NCBI GenBank assembly: GCA_963707505.1
Contig: CAVPQB010000004.1
Coordinates: forward strand, 736,001 to 800,000
DNA: 64,000 bases
Source of the DNA: an uncultured Gemmatimonadales bacterium
GTDB taxonomy: Bacteria > Gemmatimonadota > Gemmatimonadetes > Gemmatimonadales > Gemmatimonadaceae
Reading direction: 5' to 3'
The notes under the pieces are model-generated. The model did not search any database. It saw only the letters and a list, made by a program, of their open reading frames with translations, and had not been told where the DNA came from. This document shows, piece by piece, positions 1 through 9,356 of this stretch. The first letter of the stretch is position 1, and the number at the start of each line of letters is the position of its first letter. The position numbers and the translations under genes were made by a program.

Positions 1-116
1 TTCCCAATGCCACGTTGCCCTTCGAATAGAATCGAGCCAGGAAGAGTGCCGGCGTCGATCATTCGGCGCAGTCGCCGGCGAATGTTCTCGTGGCCGGTTA
101 GCTGTACGATCGGCAT
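1..116 (-). CDS. holB: DNA polymerase III delta-prime subunit, 5' part (runs off the window)
   Basis: Manual translation from ATG at 116: MPIVQLTGHENIRRRLRRMIDAGTLPGSILFEGQRGIG(K). This matches the clamp-loader N-terminus (GH...LP.S.LF.G..G.GK). Not in the ORF track because it is truncated. Confidence 0.75.
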   Translation of the reverse strand, partial: MPIVQLTGHENIRRRLRRMIDAGTLPGSILFEGQRGIG

Positions 117-196
117 GTCGGAAATATGGCACGGTGTGTGACGTTACAGAGCAGGATAGATTCCTTGAAGAACACGCAAATCGTGAGGTTATACAG

Positions 197-820
197 ATGG
201 CATCAGGCAAACTGGACGGCCGCCGCGTCGCATTTCTCGCGACGAACGGGGTTGACGAGTCGGAATTGGCTGAGCCCTGGGCGGCCATTACCCAGGCGGG
301 AGCGAAAGCGGAGCTGCTCTCTCTGCAGAACGGCGAGATTCAGTCGATCACGAAGGGCGAGAAGGGGCGCAAGTTCAAGGTGGACCGCCTCGTAGCCGAT
401 GCATCCGTGCGGGACTACGACGCGCTCGTTCTGCCCGGCGGTGTCAAGAACCCTGATACGCTCCGGATGAATCCGGCTGCGGTGGAATTCGTGCGGTCCT
501 TCATGAATGCCGACAAGCCGGTCGGCGCGATCTGCCATGGGCCGTGGCTGCTGATCGAGGCAGGCTGCGTGCGCGGCCGGACGCTCACCTCATATCCGAG
601 TCTTCGGACCGATATCACGAATGCTGGTGGTGACTGGGTCGATCGAACCGTGATAACGGATCAGAAGCTCGTGACGAGTCGTAATCCTGGTGACCTGCCT
701 GCGTTTGACGCCGCCCTGGTGGATACGATCGCGAGCGCAATTGACGAACGAACGCTCGATCGGACGATAGAACAGAGCTTCCCGGCCAGCGATCCGGCGC
801 CAGGCCCGTCGGCGCTGTAG
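197..820 (+). CDS. PfpI/DJ-1 family (type 1 glutamine amidotransferase-like) protein
   Basis: Motifs ESEL, DYDALVLPGG and AICHGPW. ATG at 197 follows GAGG at 185-188; the ORF track start is 134. Confidence 0.9.
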   Translation: MASGKLDGRRVAFLATNGVDESELAEPWAAITQAGAKAELLSLQNGEIQSITKGEKGRKFKVDRLVADASVRDYDALVLPGGVKNPDTLRMNPAAVEFVRSFMNADKPVGAICHGPWLLIEAGCVRGRTLTSYPSLRTDITNAGGDWVDRTVITDQKLVTSRNPGDLPAFDAALVDTIASAIDERTLDRTIEQSFPASDPAPGPSAL

Positions 821-883
821 GAAAATGCCATCCCCGCGTTGGCGGGGGTGACCGCTAGTGAGTTTCACCATGAAATTCTGAAT

Positions 884-933
884 GTACTTTATCGGAAAAA
901 GTACTTGACACCGTGATCGCGCCCCCGCAGACT
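884..933 (+). promoter_or_regulatory. Sigma70-like promoter with an adjacent palindromic operator
   Basis: GTACTTT-N7-AAAGTAC at 884-904 directly abuts TTGACA (905-910), followed by a 17-nt spacer and CAGACT (928-933). Confidence 0.6.
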
Positions 934-941
934 TCGTCGCC

Positions 942-1559
942 ATGACCAAGGTGCTGCCGATACGCGAGGATCCGGCCCCAGAGCCGCCCGCGTTGCACGC
1001 GCGCGCGATGGACAATCTCGCTTTCATCAGGTCCACGATGGAGAACGCGGGCGCGTTCACCGCCGTTTCCGGATGGGGAATGGTCATCGTCGGATTCCTG
1101 GCTATCGCAGCTTCGTTCATAGCCTCGGCCCAACCGTCGACGGCCCGCTGGCTGGATGTATGGCTCGCACTCGCAGCAGCCGGCATCGTCGTCCAACTCT
1201 GGGCAATGCTCGCCAAGGCACGAGCCTCCGGTGTTCCACTTCTATCGGGGCCTGGCCGCAAGTTCGTGCTCGCCGTCTCTCCGCCGCTCCTCGCTGGTGC
1301 GGTTCTGACGGTGGTACTGCACCGTGCCGGCATGGCCGCAATACTCCCGGGCCTCTGGCTTCTTCTATATGGCGCCGCCGTTGCTGCCGGCGGCGCATTC
1401 TCCGTCGAGATCGTTCCGGTCATGGGACTCTGCTTCCTGGCCGCGGGCGCGCTCGCTCTATTCACACCGCTCGCGTGGAATGACTGGATTCTCGCCATCG
1501 CGTTCGGAGGTTTTCACATTGCTTTCGGAATTCCAATCGCGCGGAGGTACGGTGGCTAA
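942..1559 (+). CDS. Multi-pass membrane protein of unknown function
   Basis: About 6 hydrophobic segments after the N-terminal RAMDNLAFIRSTMENA. Overlaps the start of the downstream regulator. Confidence 0.8.
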   Translation: MTKVLPIREDPAPEPPALHARAMDNLAFIRSTMENAGAFTAVSGWGMVIVGFLAIAASFIASAQPSTARWLDVWLALAAAGIVVQLWAMLAKARASGVPLLSGPGRKFVLAVSPPLLAGAVLTVVLHRAGMAAILPGLWLLLYGAAVAAGGAFSVEIVPVMGLCFLAAGALALFTPLAWNDWILAIAFGGFHIAFGIPIARRYGG

Positions 1560-1965
1560 GGCAGGACGCGCCAGACCCAAGGCGCACTCACAGGCCGTTG
1601 CTCCGGCTTCTGCCGGCCACGTCGCGCCGACACCGCTCGCGCCCATCAACGGGCGCGCTGTCGACGCCGTCCCGGCCGCTCTCGATCGTCTTATCCATGA
1701 ACGGTTGCGGCTCGGGATCGTCAGCGCCCTGGCCGTCAATGACGTGCTCAGCTTCAACGAGCTCAAGACTCTGATGCAGACCACCGACGGCAACCTGAGT
1801 GTGCACGCCAGGAAGCTCGAGGATGCTCGTTACATCACCTGCACCAAGACATTCGAAGGACGCGTGCCTCATACGCAATACTCTCTTACCGCCGTCGGAA
1901 GATCGGCGCTTGCTCGATACCTGGATCATATGGAAGCGCTGATTCGCGCAACGAGGGAACGCTAG
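1552..1965 (+). CDS. Winged-helix transcriptional regulator (HTH_34, MarR/ArsR-like)
   Basis: LDRLIHERLRLGIVSAL...SFNELK...TDGNLSVHARKLEDA.YI...Y.LT..GR. GTG at 1552 follows GGAGG. Confidence 0.85.
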   Translation: MAKAGRARPKAHSQAVAPASAGHVAPTPLAPINGRAVDAVPAALDRLIHERLRLGIVSALAVNDVLSFNELKTLMQTTDGNLSVHARKLEDARYITCTKTFEGRVPHTQYSLTAVGRSALARYLDHMEALIRATRER

Positions 1966-1968
1966 CCA

Positions 1969-2739
1969 GTGCATTCACACTCGAAGCCGGCATCGACCGG
2001 AACGACGTTACTCACTGGTTCCGATGGTCATCCCAGTGACAAGCTGCACGTGGCGATCATCATGGATGGAAACGGACGCTGGGCAACGGCCCGCGGCCGG
2101 CCGCGCACATCGGGGCACGTAGTCGGCGCGCGGGTCGTGCGCACCATCGTCGAAAGTGCCGAGGATGCAGGCATCGGCGCCCTCACGCTCTACGCCTTTT
2201 CGGCTGATAACTGGAAGCGTCCCACGCGCGAGGTAAGCATGCTGATGCGCCTGTTCAGGCGCTATCTGCTTTCCGAGATGGATCGCTGCGTCCAGAACGG
2301 CGTTCGCATGCGGATCATCGGAAGGCGCGACCGCATACCGGTCGAGCTGCGCCGCACAGCCGAAACGGCAGAGGAAACAACCTGCGGCGGTACCCGGCTC
2401 GACCTCCGCATCGCTCTGGACTATTCCGCACGGGATGCGATGGTGATGGCCGCCGAGCGTGCTGGCGGGCGCGCACTCACGCGCGACAGCTTCATGCGGC
2501 TCATGAACGAGGTCACCCACTCCGGCCCGGTCCGTGACGTCGACCTTCTGATCCGGACCGGCGGCGAGCAGCGGCTCAGCGACTTTCTGCTCTGGGAATG
2601 CGCCTACGCCGAGCTCTACTTCACCGACCTGATGTGGCCGGAATTTTCGCCAGCCGACCTGCTCGCGGCGGTGCGCGAGTTCCACGCGCGTGACCGTAGG
2701 TACGGTGGCGTCCAGGAGTCTGTAGCGGCGGCAGGGTGA
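1969..2739 (+). CDS. uppS: cis-prenyltransferase (undecaprenyl-diphosphate synthase family)
   Basis: HVAIIMDGNGRWA, TLYAFSADNWKR, DLLIRTGGEQRLSDFLLWE and YAELYF motifs. Confidence 0.9.
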   Translation: MHSHSKPASTGTTLLTGSDGHPSDKLHVAIIMDGNGRWATARGRPRTSGHVVGARVVRTIVESAEDAGIGALTLYAFSADNWKRPTREVSMLMRLFRRYLLSEMDRCVQNGVRMRIIGRRDRIPVELRRTAETAEETTCGGTRLDLRIALDYSARDAMVMAAERAGGRALTRDSFMRLMNEVTHSGPVRDVDLLIRTGGEQRLSDFLLWECAYAELYFTDLMWPEFSPADLLAAVREFHARDRRYGGVQESVAAAG

Positions 2740-2806
2740 TTCCCTAACAGAATCCTCATGGGCAGGGCGGTGGCATGATCGCGTGTGAAGCGCTAAGATC
2801 ACGTTC

Positions 2807-5092
2807 ATGCTCCGACTGTCCCTCCGCCCGAACGTGGTGGCAGCCTACCTGTCCGCGCTCATGGTCTGCGTGATGGGATGGCTGGTCTTCCAGCGTGTGG
2901 ATGGAGCCCGAGCGGTGACGGTGCAGTCACGCAGCGCGCTGGCCGTAATGAACGCTGTACGCGTGCTGGGTGGCCGTATGCGCGACGCCAATCTGGCGGA
3001 GCGTGATCTCGTAGTCACCAACGATCCCCGTTACGCTGGCACTTACACCGCCGCATCCGACGGAACGGTGCGCGCACTATCCGGGCTGCGCGATGTTTCC
3101 GTACCGTATCCGAGCGTGGCATCCCGCCTCGATTCGCTCGGATATTTCGTCCATCTCCGCCTCGGCGAGCTCGATGAAACGGTCCGGCTCCGCCGCGACG
3201 CAGGTGCGAAGGCCGCGGCGGATGTCCTGCGCTCGCAGCGCAGCAACGAATCCGATCGAAAGATCGATGAGTTGCTCGGCTCCATCGCGATGACAGTGGA
3301 TCGTACTGCTTCCGGGACGGCAGCGGGTCTGCGCGCGGAAGGTCAGCTCCTGCTATTGCTTATCGCGGCCACCGCAGTGCTTGCCGTGCTGCTTGCATTT
3401 TTCGTGAACATCATGCACGCGCGCAACGTTCGTGCACAGCGTCGCATGACAGAGGAGCTCGAGAATCAGTCGCTCCAGCTTCAGATTCAGGCAAACGAGC
3501 TGACCGCGACAAATCGTGAGCTCGAGACCGCGACGACGGAGATGCTCCGGCAGACGGTTGAGGCCGAGCGCAGCGAGATGCGGCTCGCTGGAATTCTTGG
3601 CTCTGCCACGGATGCCGTCGTTTCGTTCGACGATGACGAGCGGATCGTTTACTTCAATGCCGCCGCCCGACGTCTGTTCGGTCTCGAAGAGAATCTGATT
3701 CCCGGTGCACGCATCCGCACCGCAATTGCCGATCGCAGCTCGCTTGCATTCGAGGAGCACATGCTGGCAGCGCGTCGCTCGGCGCACCTCGGCGAGGCAA
3801 GTCCAGAGGTGTGGGACACCCTGGTCATTCGCCCGAACGAGGACGAGATTCCGGTCGAAGTGTCGATGGCTTATGCACGCACCGGAAAGCAGGGATTGTT
3901 CACGGCGGTGTTGCGTGATGTCTCCCGACAGCGGCAATTCGAAGAAGAGTTCCGTCAGGCGCAGAAAATGGAAGCTGTCGGACGGCTTGCCGGCGGAATC
4001 GCGCACGACTTCAACAATCTGCTGACTGTAATTGGTGCGTCGAGCGACTTCCTGTTGCACGATCTGCGTGATCAGTCCAGTTCGTTGTCCGCTGACGTGC
4101 GCGAGATCAAGGCCGCTACGAACCGCGCCGCGTCGCTCACGCGACAGCTGTTGGCGTTCAGTCGGCGACAACTGGTGCAGCCGCAGATGCTCGATCTCAA
4201 CGCGGTAGTGCGCGAGATGGAGACCATGCTGCGCCGATTGATCGGTGAGAACATGACGCTCTCGACCGAATACACCGAAGACATCGGGCTCGTGAAGCTC
4301 GATCGCGGACAACTCGAGCAGATAATCGTGAACCTCGTGGTGAACGCGCGTGATGCGATGCCAGGAGGCGGAACGGTTCGCGTGTGCACTGGGACTGCCA
4401 TCGCTGATACGAATGGAATCCCTGGTGAGTGTGTGACGTTGTCGGTCGCGGATTCAGGCGTCGGGATGGATGAACAGACGCGCGCGCGAATCTTCGAGCC
4501 ATTCTTCACCACCAAGGAGCAGGGCAAGGGGACCGGGCTCGGTCTGTCGACGGTGTACGGAATCGTCAAGGCATCGGGAGGCAATATCGAGGTGCAGAGC
4601 GACGTCGATGAAGGGACAGAGTTTCAGCTTCGCTTTCCATGTGTGGATGACGACATTGCCACGGCGTCGGTCGAGCCCCTCGCTCCGGACGCCGGTCGCG
4701 GCTCGGAAACTGTGTTGGTCGTCGAGGATGAGGAGCCACTCCGTCGCCTCACTCGTCGTATTCTCGAGTCGCGCGGCTACACGGTGTTCGATGCCGCTGA
4801 CGGCGAGGAGGCGATTCGCACGCTGGCCTCGGTGTCATCACACGTGGATCTGTTACTCACGGATGTCGTGATGCCGGGAATGAGCGGCCGCGAGCTGGTG
4901 GAGTGCCTGCTGCCGGTGTACCCATGGCTTCGGGTGCTGTTCATGTCTGGCTACACGGAGGACATGATGCTGCAGCACAGGGTGGCCGAGCTTGGAATCA
5001 CGGTCGTCGAGAAGCCCTTTACGCGCGACGATCTTGCACGTGCCGTCAGAAATACCCTGGACCGCGCAGTGGAGACGATCGAGATAGCCTGA
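2807..5092 (+). CDS. Hybrid sensor histidine kinase (TM-CHASE3-like-TM, PAS, HisKA, HATPase, REC)
   Basis: QKMEAVGRLAGGIAHDFNNLL H-box, NLVVNARDAM, FEPFFTTK..GKGTGLGL, and a C-terminal receiver with LLLTDVVMPG. Confidence 0.92.
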   Translation: MLRLSLRPNVVAAYLSALMVCVMGWLVFQRVDGARAVTVQSRSALAVMNAVRVLGGRMRDANLAERDLVVTNDPRYAGTYTAASDGTVRALSGLRDVSVPYPSVASRLDSLGYFVHLRLGELDETVRLRRDAGAKAAADVLRSQRSNESDRKIDELLGSIAMTVDRTASGTAAGLRAEGQLLLLLIAATAVLAVLLAFFVNIMHARNVRAQRRMTEELENQSLQLQIQANELTATNRELETATTEMLRQTVEAERSEMRLAGILGSATDAVVSFDDDERIVYFNAAARRLFGLEENLIPGARIRTAIADRSSLAFEEHMLAARRSAHLGEASPEVWDTLVIRPNEDEIPVEVSMAYARTGKQGLFTAVLRDVSRQRQFEEEFRQAQKMEAVGRLAGGIAHDFNNLLTVIGASSDFLLHDLRDQSSSLSADVREIKAATNRAASLTRQLLAFSRRQLVQPQMLDLNAVVREMETMLRRLIGENMTLSTEYTEDIGLVKLDRGQLEQIIVNLVVNARDAMPGGGTVRVCTGTAIADTNGIPGECVTLSVADSGVGMDEQTRARIFEPFFTTKEQGKGTGLGLSTVYGIVKASGGNIEVQSDVDEGTEFQLRFPCVDDDIATASVEPLAPDAGRGSETVLVVEDEEPLRRLTRRILESRGYTVFDAADGEEAIRTLASVSSHVDLLLTDVVMPGMSGRELVECLLPVYPWLRVLFMSGYTEDMMLQHRVAELGITVVEKPFTRDDLARAVRNTLDRAVETIEIA

Positions 5093-5251
5093 GCCGCGAC
5101 TGGTTGCCGTTCGCTCGCGGCACCGCCGGTAGTTTTGCGCCCACCACAGCGAACGACGCCTGTAGGTCGTACTTTGCGCAGGACGAAACGACGCACTGGC
5201 TGGCTGGCTGGTTCGCGCCGTCTCAAGACTATTCTCCCACCCGGCGGACTA

Positions 5252-8200
5252 ATGCCTGTATCGCGATGGCTTCGGTTCATCACTCTTGGTGCTGCCAGTG
5301 TTGCGGCGCCGCTCTCTGCCCAGGCTCCAGCTGCACGGGCGTCATCTGCTCCGGCGCTTGACTCGGCGACTCTCGCCGGCTTCAGGTGGCGAAACGTCGG
5401 GCCGGCGAACATCGGCGGCCGCGTCACGAGCATCGCGGGCATTCCGTCTCCGTCGCGCACGTTCTTTGTGGCGACCGCCGCGAGCGGCATCTGGAAGACC
5501 ACTAACGCCGGCACGACCTTCGAGCCGGTGTTCGAGCACGAGCCAGTCAGCTCGATGGGTGAGATCGCGATAGCTCCATCGGATACGAACGTCATCTACG
5601 CCGGCACTGGCGAGGAAGACTCGCGAAATTCGATCTCGCCTGGCGGCGGCATGTACAAGAGCACGGACGGCGGCCACAAGTGGACGTTCATCGGACTCAA
5701 GGAAACGCAGCAGATCGGACGCATAGTTGTAAGTCCCAAGGATCCGAACACCGTTTACGTCGCGGCACTCGGGCACGCGTGGGGGCCGAACAAGGAACGC
5801 GGTCTGTACAAGACCACTGATGGTGGTACGAGCTGGAAGCTGATCAAGTTCATCAGTGACAAGGCTGGTTTTGTCGATGTGGCGATGGACCCGTCCGATC
5901 CGAACACGTTGTACGCAGCGAGCTGGGAGCGCGTGCGTGGCCCGTACTTCCTCAAGAGCGGCGGCCCTGGTAGCGCGCTCTGGAAGACGACCGATGCCGG
6001 CGCAACGTGGGCGGAGATCAAGGGCGGCGGCTTTCCGGCGACGATGAAGGGTCGCATCGGGCTCGCCATCGCGCCGAGCAATTCGAAGATCGTCTATGCA
6101 ATAGTCGAAGCGGATTCGCTGCCGAATCCGAAAAAGAGCACCAGCACCAAGGGACGGCAGAAGCTTGAGAGCGGATTGTATCGTTCCGAGGACGCTGGCG
6201 CCACGTGGACGAAGATGAACGATCACGACGAGCGGCCGTTCTACTACTCGCAGGTGCGAGTCGATCCCAAGGATCCGAATCGTGTGTACTGGTCATCGAC
6301 GCCCGTCAATTTCTCTGACGATGGCGGCAAGACTGTTCGCAATGCGACCATCGGCATTCACGTCGATCACCACGCAATGTGGATCGATCCGAATGATCCT
6401 GCGCACTTCATCGTCGGCGACGACGGCGGAATCTCGCAGACGTGGGACAGAGGCGGCAACTTCGACTTCATCAACACGATCGCGATCGGCCAGTTCTACG
6501 CCGTGAGCTACGACATGGCGATTCCATACCGCGTCTGCGGGGGATTGCAGGACAACGGCTCGATGTGCGGTCCGAGCCGCCGCGCCCGCGGCAACATCAC
6601 CAACGCGATGTGGTTTGTGACGGGAGGCGGTGACGGCTTTTACACCGCTCAGGATCAGACGAATCCAGATATCATCTACGCCGAGTCGCAGGGTGGGGCA
6701 GTGGGACGCCTGAACTACGCGACCGGTGAGCGTTCACAGATTCGCAAGCCGTCGTACCGCGAGCGCTATCAGCAATTCGAGGATTCGCTGGTCATCGCGC
6801 GCGGCGATACCACGCAGCCTGAAACGCCATCGATGAAGAAGACGCTCGCAGAGATACGAGCGCGCCAGCGCGCAGACTCGGTAATCTCCGACATGCGCTT
6901 CAACTGGGAGTCTCCGTACTTCCTGTCGGCGCACGCGCCGCAGACGCTCTACATGGGCGGCAATCGTGTTCTCAAGTCGCTCGATCGCGGCGACCACATG
7001 TTTCCGATCTCGCCGGATCTCTCCACGCAGGATACGGCGAAGATCAACATCAGCATGCACACCACCGGCGGTATCACGCTGGACGCGACCGGGGCCGAGA
7101 CGTATGGAACGATCACAACGCTCGCCGAGTCGCCGATCCGTGCAGGATTACTGTATGCGGGCACTGACGACGGTAATGTCTGGCTGACTCGCAACGACGG
7201 AGCAACGTGGGAAAATCTCACGACGCATTTCTCCGGCGTCCCGAAGAACACCGATGTGAGTCGCATCGAGCCGTCTGCATTCGACTCTGCGACGTTCTAC
7301 GTAACGTTCGACAATCACGAGCGGAACGATTTCACGCCGTACGTATTCGTGACGACCGATTTCGGCAAGACGTTCCGCTCGATCGCGAACAACATTCCGA
7401 CCGACGCGCCGAACTGGGTGCGTGTCATTCGCGAGGATCCCGTCAACCGGGATCTGCTGTTCCTCGGTACAGATGTCGCGGCGTATGTGTCCATGGATCG
7501 CGGCGCAAACTGGCAGCGCTTCATGACGGGTCTTCCGACCGTGCCGGTGTACGACCTAAAGATTCAGCCGCGCGATCACGAGTTGATAGCGGGCACGCAC
7601 GGACGCAGCATCTGGATCGTGGACATCGCGCCACTCGAGCAGATGAAGGATGCCGGTGCGCGCGGCAGCGGCACCCACTTCTTCACGCCGTCCACCGCGT
7701 TCGAGTACGGCGAGTCGCCTGTGGAGGGTCAGGAGATTGGGCAGAAGGCCTTCCAGGGCACCAGTGTGCCGTACGGCGCACAGTTCACATATCGTCTTGC
7801 GTCGGGTGTGCGTGACTCGGTCAAGTTCACGGTTACGAGCGCGAGTGGAGATACGGTTGCGATCGTGAACGGACCACGGGCGTCTGGTGCGGCGATCGAG
7901 CGTGCGTACTGGGACTTCCGCACCAGGACCAAGCCGGAGCCGCTGTCGCCTTCGCAGCATCGCGATAGCGTCGAGTACATGCACCGCGTCGACTTCGTGA
8001 TCGACTCGATGACGAAGGCTGGTGGCAACGCTGCCGAGCTGACGCGCATCAAGGCGCAGCTCGTGAGCGGCGGTGGCGGCTTTGGTGGCTTTGGCCGTGG
8101 TGGTGCGCCGAGCGAGCGGTTCGTCGCCCGTCCGGCTGAGTCACCGGCGCCGCGGGCGCCAGGTGCCGCAGGTGCCGCAGGTGCCGCAGGTGCCGCAGGC

Positions 8201-8518
8201 GCTGGGCGTCCGGGAGCAGCCGGTGCGCGCGGTGGCGCGCGTGGCGGCGCTGGCGGTCCTGGCGGGGAAGCGCCGATCGACCAGACGCTCCTTAGAGAGG
8301 TTTTCCAGCTCGTCCGGATTCCCGGTAGCAGCTATCCCGCCGGTCGCGGGTTCGGCGGTCGCTCGGCGCCGTTGGCTGGCAGCGGCGACTACCTGGTAAC
8401 GATGACGGTGGGCAGCGAGGTACAGCGCCAGACGGTCCACGTCGAGCGCAGCCCGGGCCTCGACGACGACACGTCGTCCGGTTTTGGGGGCGAGGAAGAA
8501 CAAGACGGCAACCCGTAA
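5252..8518 (+). CDS. Secreted VPS10/BNR (Asp-box) beta-propeller protein
   Basis: Signal peptide, WRNVGPANIGGR, many S/T-x-D-G-G-x-T-W Asp boxes and a Gly/Ala-rich C-terminal insert. Start placed at ATG 5252. Confidence 0.85.
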   Translation: MPVSRWLRFITLGAASVAAPLSAQAPAARASSAPALDSATLAGFRWRNVGPANIGGRVTSIAGIPSPSRTFFVATAASGIWKTTNAGTTFEPVFEHEPVSSMGEIAIAPSDTNVIYAGTGEEDSRNSISPGGGMYKSTDGGHKWTFIGLKETQQIGRIVVSPKDPNTVYVAALGHAWGPNKERGLYKTTDGGTSWKLIKFISDKAGFVDVAMDPSDPNTLYAASWERVRGPYFLKSGGPGSALWKTTDAGATWAEIKGGGFPATMKGRIGLAIAPSNSKIVYAIVEADSLPNPKKSTSTKGRQKLESGLYRSEDAGATWTKMNDHDERPFYYSQVRVDPKDPNRVYWSSTPVNFSDDGGKTVRNATIGIHVDHHAMWIDPNDPAHFIVGDDGGISQTWDRGGNFDFINTIAIGQFYAVSYDMAIPYRVCGGLQDNGSMCGPSRRARGNITNAMWFVTGGGDGFYTAQDQTNPDIIYAESQGGAVGRLNYATGERSQIRKPSYRERYQQFEDSLVIARGDTTQPETPSMKKTLAEIRARQRADSVISDMRFNWESPYFLSAHAPQTLYMGGNRVLKSLDRGDHMFPISPDLSTQDTAKINISMHTTGGITLDATGAETYGTITTLAESPIRAGLLYAGTDDGNVWLTRNDGATWENLTTHFSGVPKNTDVSRIEPSAFDSATFYVTFDNHERNDFTPYVFVTTDFGKTFRSIANNIPTDAPNWVRVIREDPVNRDLLFLGTDVAAYVSMDRGANWQRFMTGLPTVPVYDLKIQPRDHELIAGTHGRSIWIVDIAPLEQMKDAGARGSGTHFFTPSTAFEYGESPVEGQEIGQKAFQGTSVPYGAQFTYRLASGVRDSVKFTVTSASGDTVAIVNGPRASGAAIERAYWDFRTRTKPEPLSPSQHRDSVEYMHRVDFVIDSMTKAGGNAAELTRIKAQLVSGGGGFGGFGRGGAPSERFVARPAESPAPRAPGAAGAAGAAGAAGAGRPGAAGARGGARGGAGGPGGEAPIDQTLLREVFQLVRIPGSSYPAGRGFGGRSAPLAGSGDYLVTMTVGSEVQRQTVHVERSPGLDDDTSSGFGGEEEQDGNP
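8162..8197 (+). repeat. In-frame 9-bp tandem repeat (GGTGCCGCA)x4 encoding (Gly-Ala-Ala)4
   Basis: Four exact copies read directly from the sequence. Confidence 0.95.
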
Positions 8519-8538
8519 CGGGCGCTGTTTCGGGCCCT

Positions 8539-8572
8539 TTACCGGGCCGCGGCGAACGTCGCGGCCCGGTAA
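8539..8572 (+). terminator. GC-rich hairpin after the VPS10 gene
   Basis: TTACCGGGCCGCGGCG / CGTCGCGGCCCGGTAA with one G-U pair. No clear U tract. Confidence 0.45.
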
Positions 8573-8851
8573 GGACGGATCCAAGGACGGGTCTCCGGAA
8601 TAATACGGAAATTGGGGCTTGCGTATTCTCCCGGGCAGGGTAAATTCGTTAGTGCGACGCGTGCATTCGTGTACGACAAGTTCCCATGTAAATAGGAGCC
8701 TGGTATTGCAGGCTCCTTTTTGCTGTCCGGCGTTGCAGTCGGGTTAAAACCCGATCCGGGCTAGGATCCCCATCGTGAGGGCAATGATCACGAACACTAC
8801 TCATGGTCGTACGGCATACCCATTCCGACCAAAACTGCAAAAGGACAAAGA

Positions 8852-9061
8852 ATGCGTACGACCGGTACTGTTAAGTGGTTCAACGACGCGAAGGGCTTCG
8901 GCTTCATTACGCCTGAGAATGGTACGAAGGATTGCTTCGTTCATCATTCCGCGATTGGTGGATCCGGCTTCAAGACTCTCGCCGAAGGCGAGCGCGTCGA
9001 GTTCGAGATCGTGCAGGGCCAGAAAGGTCCCGCGGCCGAGAACGTAACGAAGATCGGCTAG
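8852..9061 (+). CDS. Cold-shock protein (CspA family)
   Basis: [15 protein letters not shown] (RNP1), DCFVHHSAI (RNP2) and [17 protein letters not shown] upstream. Confidence 0.97.
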   Translation: MRTTGTVKWFNDAKGFGFITPENGTKDCFVHHSAIGGSGFKTLAEGERVEFEIVQGQKGPAAENVTKIG

Positions 9062-9082
9062 TAGTCGAGCCACTTTTCGAAT

Positions 9083-9119
9083 AAAGAGCCAGATCGCGAA
9101 AGCGGTCTGGCTCTTTTTT
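9083..9119 (+). terminator. Intrinsic terminator of csp
   Basis: AAAGAGCCAGATCGC-GAAA-GCGGTCTGGCTCTTT followed by TTT. Confidence 0.85.
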
Positions 9120-9356
9120 GCGATTCGGCGATCGCCAGCAGCGACGGACGCAACGCCGTATCTTGGGAAACGCCGACGCCGATACGGACCATATCGGACC
9201 AACGCCAACGCCACCGCCCGCCAACGCCGCTCACATATGCGCTTGCGATTCTCTCCCGCGGTTCTTACGCTGGTCATGCCGACGAGCGCCGCCGGGGGAT
9301 CCGTGCGGGCTCGATCCGCAGATATGACTCTACCAACCAATGACTGGAGCGAATCA

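Noticed and set aside
9120..9350. Small ORFs and AACGCC-like repeats between csp and sodC
   Set aside because: No recognisable protein, SD or regular periodicity.
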